Positions 59,794 through 64,000 of a stretch of 64,000 bases of DNA are shown here, piece by piece. The notes under the pieces are model-generated. The model was not told where the DNA came from, did not search any database, and saw only the letters and a list, made by a program, of their open reading frames with translations. The DNA lies in the NCBI RefSeq assembly GCF_009914755.1, contig NC_060932.1; one strand, 5' to 3'. The position numbers and the translations under genes are program-made. Each line of letters starts with the position of its first letter. Position 1 is the first letter of the stretch. Origin of the DNA: the human T2T-CHM13v2.0 reference genome, Homo sapiens.

Positions 59794-60379
59794 GCCTACT
59801 TCTCAAGCAGATCTTCAAACTATATGATAAATGTGAACATAAGCTATTTTTTTTTTTATTTTTTTAAATTTATTTTTTTATTGATAATTCTTGGGTGTTT
59901 CTCACAGAGGGGGATTTGGCAGGGTCATGGGACAATAGTGGAGGGAAGGTCAGCAGATAAACAAGTGAACAAAGGTCTCTGGTTTTCCTAGGCAGAGGAC
60001 CCTGCGGCCTTCCGCAGTGTTTGTGTCCCTGATTACTTGAGATTAGGGATTGGTGATGACTCTTAACGAGCATGCTGCCTTCAAGCATCTGTTTACCAAA
60101 GCACATCTTGCACCGCCCTTAATCCATTTAACCCTGAGTGGACACAGCACATGTTTCAGAGAGCACAGGGTTGGGGGTAAGGTCACAGATCAACAGGATC
60201 CCAAGGCAGAGGAATTTTTCTTAGTGCAGAACAAAATGAAAAGTCTCCCATGTCTACTTCTTTCTACACAGACACGGCAACCATCCGATTTCTCAATCTT
60301 TTCCCCACCTTTCCCGCCTTTCTATTCCACAAAGCCGCCATTGTCATCCTGGCCCGTTCTCAATGAGCTGTTGGGCACA

Positions 60380-62575
60380 CCTCCCAGACGGGGTGGTGGC
60401 CGGGCAGAGGGGCTCCTCACTTCCCAGTAGGGGCGGCCGGGCAGAGGCGCCCCTCACCTCCCGGACGGGGCGGCTGGCCGGGCAGGGGGGCTGACCCCCC
60501 CCACCTCCCTCCCGGACGGGGCGGCTGGCCGGGCGGGGGGCTGACCCCCCAACCTCCCTCCCGGACGGGGCGGCTGGCCGGGCGGGGGGCTGACCCCCCC
60601 ACCTCCCTCCCGGACGGGGCGGCTGGCCGGGCAGAGGGGCTCCTCACTTCCCAGTAGGGGCGGCCGGGCAGAGGCGCCCCTCACCTCCCGGACGGGGCGG
60701 CTGGCCGGGCAGGGGGGCCGACCCCCCCACCTCCCTCCCGGACGGGGCGGCTGGCCGGGCAGAGGGGCTCCTCACTTCCCAGTAGGGGCGGCCGGGCAGA
60801 GGCGCCCCTCACCTCCCGGACGGGGCGGCTGGCCGGGCGGGGGGCCGACCCCCCCCACCTCCCTCCCGGACGGGGCGGCTGGCCGGGCAGAGGGGCTCCT
60901 CACTTCCCAGTAGGGGCGGCCGGGCAGAGGCGCCCCTCACCTCCCGGACAGGGCGGCTGGCTGGGCGGGGGGGCTGACCCCCCCCCACCTCCCTCCCGGA
61001 CGGGGCGGCTGGCCGGGCGGGGGGCTGACCCCCCCACCTCCCTCCCGGACGGGGCGGCTGGCCGGGCAGAGGGGCTCCTCACTTCCCAGTAGGGGCGGCC
61101 GGGCAGAGGCGCCCCTCACCTCCCGGACGGGGCGGCTGGCCGGGCAGGGGGGCCGACCCCCCCACCTCCCTCCCGGACGGGGCGGCTGGCCGGGCGGGGG
61201 GCCGACCCCCCCACCTCCCTCCCGGACGGGGCGGCTGGCCGGGCAGAGGGGCTCCTCACTTCCCAGTAGGGGCGGCCGGGCAGAGGCGCCCCTCACCTCC
61301 CAGACGGGGCGGCTGGCCGGGCGGAGGGCTGACCTCCCCACCTCCCTCCCGGACAGGGCGGCTGGCCGGGCGGGGGGCTGACCCCCCCACCTCCCTCCCG
61401 GACGGGGCGGCTGGCCGGGCAGAGGGGCTCCTCACTTCCCAGTAGGGGCGGCCGGGCAGAGGCGCCCCTCACCTCCCGGACGGGATGGCTGGCCGGGCGG
61501 GGGGCCGACCCCCCCACCTCCCTCCCGGACGGGGCGGCTGGCCGGGCGGGGGGCCGACCCCCCCACCTCCCTCCAGGACGGGGCGGCTGGCCGGGCGGGG
61601 GGCCGACCCCCCCACCTCCCTCCCGGACGGGGCGGCTGGCCGGGCAGAGGGGCTCCTCACTTCCCAGTAGGGGCGGCTGGGCAGAGGCACCCCTCACCTC
61701 CCAGACGGGGCGGCTGGCCGGGCGGAGGGCTGACCCCCCCACCTCCCTCCCGGACGGGGCGGCTGGCCAGGCGGGGGGCTGACCCCCCTACCTCCCTCCC
61801 GGACGGGGCGGCTGGCCGGGTGGGGGGGCTGACCCCCCCATCTCCCTCCCGGACGGGGTGGCTGGCCGGGCTGAGGGGCTCCTCACTTCCCAGTAGGGGC
61901 GGCCGGGCAGAGGCGCCCCTCACCTCCCGGACGGGGCGGCTGGCCGGGCGGGGGGCTGACCCCCCCACCTCCCTCCCGGATGGCACGGCTGGCCAGGCGG
62001 GGGGCTGACCCCCCCACCTCCCTCCCGGATGGCACGGCTGGCCGGGCGGGGGGGCTGACCCCCCACCTCCCTCCCGGATGGGGCGGCTGGCCGGGCGGGG
62101 GGCTGACCCCCCCCAACCTCCCTCCCGGACGGGGTGGCTGCCGGGCGGAGACGCTCCTCACTTCCCAGATGGGGTGGCTGCCGGGCGGAGAGGCTCCTCA
62201 CTTCTCAGACGGGGCAGCTGCCGGGCGGAGGGGCTCCTCACTTCTCAGACGGGGCGGCTGGACAGAGACGCTCCTCACCTCCCAGACGGGGTCTCGGCCG
62301 GGCAGAGGCGCTCCTCACATCCCAGATGGGGCGGCGGGGCAGAGGCGCTCCCCACATCTCAGACGATGGGCGGCCGGGCAGAGACGCTCCTCACTTCCTA
62401 GATGTGATGGCGGCTGGGAAGAGGCGCTCCTCACTTCCTAGATGGGATGGCGGCCGGGCGGAGACGCTCCTCACTTTCCAGACTGGGCAGCCAGGCAGAG
62501 GGGCTCCTCACATCCCAGACAATGGGCGGCCAGGCAGAGACACTCCTCACTTCCCAGACGGGGTGGCAGCCGGGC
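60380..62575 (-). repeat. SVA GC/CpG-rich VNTR, about 2.2 kb
   Basis: Tandem units GGACGGGGCGGCTGGCCGGGCGGGGGGCTGACCCCCCCACCTCCCTCCC and CAGAGGGGCTCCTCACTTCCCAGTAGGGGCGGCC. Confidence 0.97.
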
Positions 62576-62617
62576 AGAGGCTGCAATCTCGGCACTTTGG
62601 GAGGCCAAGGCAGGCGG

Positions 62618-62706
62618 CTGCTCCTTGCCCTCGGGCCCCGCGGGGCCCGTCCGCTCCTCCAGCCGCTGCCTCCCAGGCGGCGCTCGCCGGCACGGCGGCA
62701 AAGACT
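62618..62706 (-). other. MAST2: Transduced MAST2 exon-1 3' fragment (about 89 nt), spliced to the SVA
   Basis: Minus strand reads AGTCTTTGCCGCC...GGGCCCGAGGGCAAGGAGCAG/CCGCCTGCCTTGGCC, the SVA_F1 junction as recalled. This is a fragment, not the gene locus. Confidence 0.88.
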
Positions 62707-63023
62707 CTGTTTTTGTTTTTGAGAGGGAGAGTTTCGCTCTTGTTGCCCAAGCTGGAGTGCAATGGTGCGATCTCGGCTCACTGCAACCTCTGCCTCCCGG
62801 GTTCAAGCCTACTATTTTCTTCTAAGAGTTGTTTAGTTTTAGCTGTTACCTTTAGGTCTTTGATCCATTTTGATTTCATTTTTGTATGTAAGTTAAGGGT
62901 CCAACTGCTTTTTTTTTTTTTTTTTTTTTTGAGATGGAGTCTCGCTCTGTCGCCCAGGCTGGAGTGCAGTGGTGCGATCTCAGCTCACTGCAAGCTCCAC
63001 CTCCCGGGTTCACGCCATTCTCC
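62707..63023 (-). other. Secondary 5'-transduced DNA: AluY right-arm end with poly(A), L1M fragment, AluSp/Sq right-arm end
   Basis: AluY diagnostics CAAGCTCC and TTCACGCCATTC (62931-63023), T22 tract, L1M-type TTTAGGTCTTTGATCCATTTTGA (62809-62908), GTTTCGCTCTTGTTGCCCA (62721-62808). All lie inside the TSD. Confidence 0.85.
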
Positions 63024-64000
63024 TGAACATAAGCTATTTTTAAACATTGACTTGGTATATGAATATAGGAAAGTGACATCACTATTCTGTAATCCCATTT
63101 GAAATGTTAACCTTTTCAGTTATGGATGAGAATTAGGAATAAAAAGTAAAGAGTGGGATGCATCTTCTAGTTCTTAACAAATGTTAATTAAGGCTTCTTG
63201 GCTGCAAAGCAAGCATTATGAAATGTGAAGCTTTCTTAGGAATGATAAGCTTGAAAAAATCACCATTATAACCAGAGCAGTTTGAGGCTGAACTTAGTAG
63301 AAGATTAAAATTTCCTTTTAAATCATCCTAAATTTTAAAACTATATCATTAGCATGGTATTATCCATATGCTTTCCTCGACTGTTTAATTACAGAGGAGG
63401 CAGTTAAGCAGATCAAGAGACTCTATTAACAGACAAACCCAAAAGCAAATATGATGAAATGTAATTACAGGGAGTAAATGATCTGGAGTCTCCCAGAGCC
63501 TCCCAGAACTCTAAGAATATTCTAAACATGATTTATGCCACCACAAAGTGAACCCATACTTACCATCCATTTTCCCCACAATCTGCTTCCTGTACTAGAT
63601 AGAGAAAGCACACACATTCAGATAAAATAACTGTCAATTTGCACAATGATATAGGACTTTTAAAGCCACTTCCTGCTTCCTACTCATAGGATTTTATATT
63701 ATACTTGGTAGCTCTAGAAAGGTTTTATTTCTATAACCTATAAAATGATGGCCACACGCATGACTAAGATGCCAAGACCCCTAAAATAGTGAGGGAAATG
63801 CTAGAGAATTAATGTGATTCAGGTACTTGAAGGAAACGTCCAGTCATCCAACTCATGGCATTCAAAGGTCATATAATTTGAAGGGCTAGGACTGGGCTGG
63901 TGCTGATAGTTAGGGATCTCCAGCAGTGACATATTCAGGTAGATAGACTCACAATTCCATGAAAATCTGTCTGATTTGAAAAGTAGTCTCTACAAACACA

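Larger units (their letters stand above)
59852..63023 (-). mobile_element. SVA_F1 (MAST2-SVA) retrotransposon with additional 5' transduction
   Basis: Poly(A) at about 59852-59880, SINE-R about 59881-60380, VNTR about 60380-62575, truncated Alu-like part to 62617, no CCCTCT hexamer. TSD TGAACATAAGCTATTTTT at 59834-59851 and 63024-63041. Minus-strand target is TT/AAAAA. Confidence 0.95.

Noticed and set aside
60380-62575. Regularly spaced repeats that superficially resemble a CRISPR array
   Set aside because: There are no unique spacers. It is a tandem VNTR inside an SVA in human DNA.
62618-62706. Possibility that the window is the MAST2 locus
   Set aside because: Only a truncated exon fragment is present, fused to SVA at the splice junction, with no intron or promoter context.
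62909-63023. Independent AluY insertion next to the SVA
   Set aside because: It has no TSD of its own and lies inside the SVA TSD.
60050-63102. Numerous GC-rich ORFs including the 322-aa ORF 62134..63102
   Set aside because: They are stop-poor frames of the SVA VNTR, SINE-R and Alu parts, overlapping on both strands, with no protein-like features.

Overview
Human (primate) genomic DNA. It is repeat-dense intronic or intergenic sequence with no recognisable host protein-coding exon. All long ORFs derive from LINE-1, Alu or SVA. Main contents: (1) a nested cluster of three same-strand L1s at 1-7584 (L1PA5-like 3' end, L1MA-like relic, near full-length L1PB carrying a MER30 insertion and a two-part internal inversion); (2) a full-length L1PA4-like element at about 36096-42291 with a TSD, a dead ORF1, a frameshifted endonuclease region and an 884-codon open RT/C-terminal frame; (3) a 3.2 kb minus-strand SVA_F1 at 59852-63023 whose TSD also encloses a MAST2 exon-1 fragment plus about 317 nt of extra Alu/L1 sequence, i.e. 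a serial 5' transduction; (4) many MaLR/ERVL solo LTRs, DNA-transposon relics, L2 and Alu copies. In unique sequence I found a 99-bp non-tandem duplication, an RFX/NFI/SOX/homeobox motif cluster and two candidate short exons. I see no evidence of a wholly new multi-gene system. Subfamily calls come from recalled consensus sequences and need RepeatMasker/Dfam confirmation.
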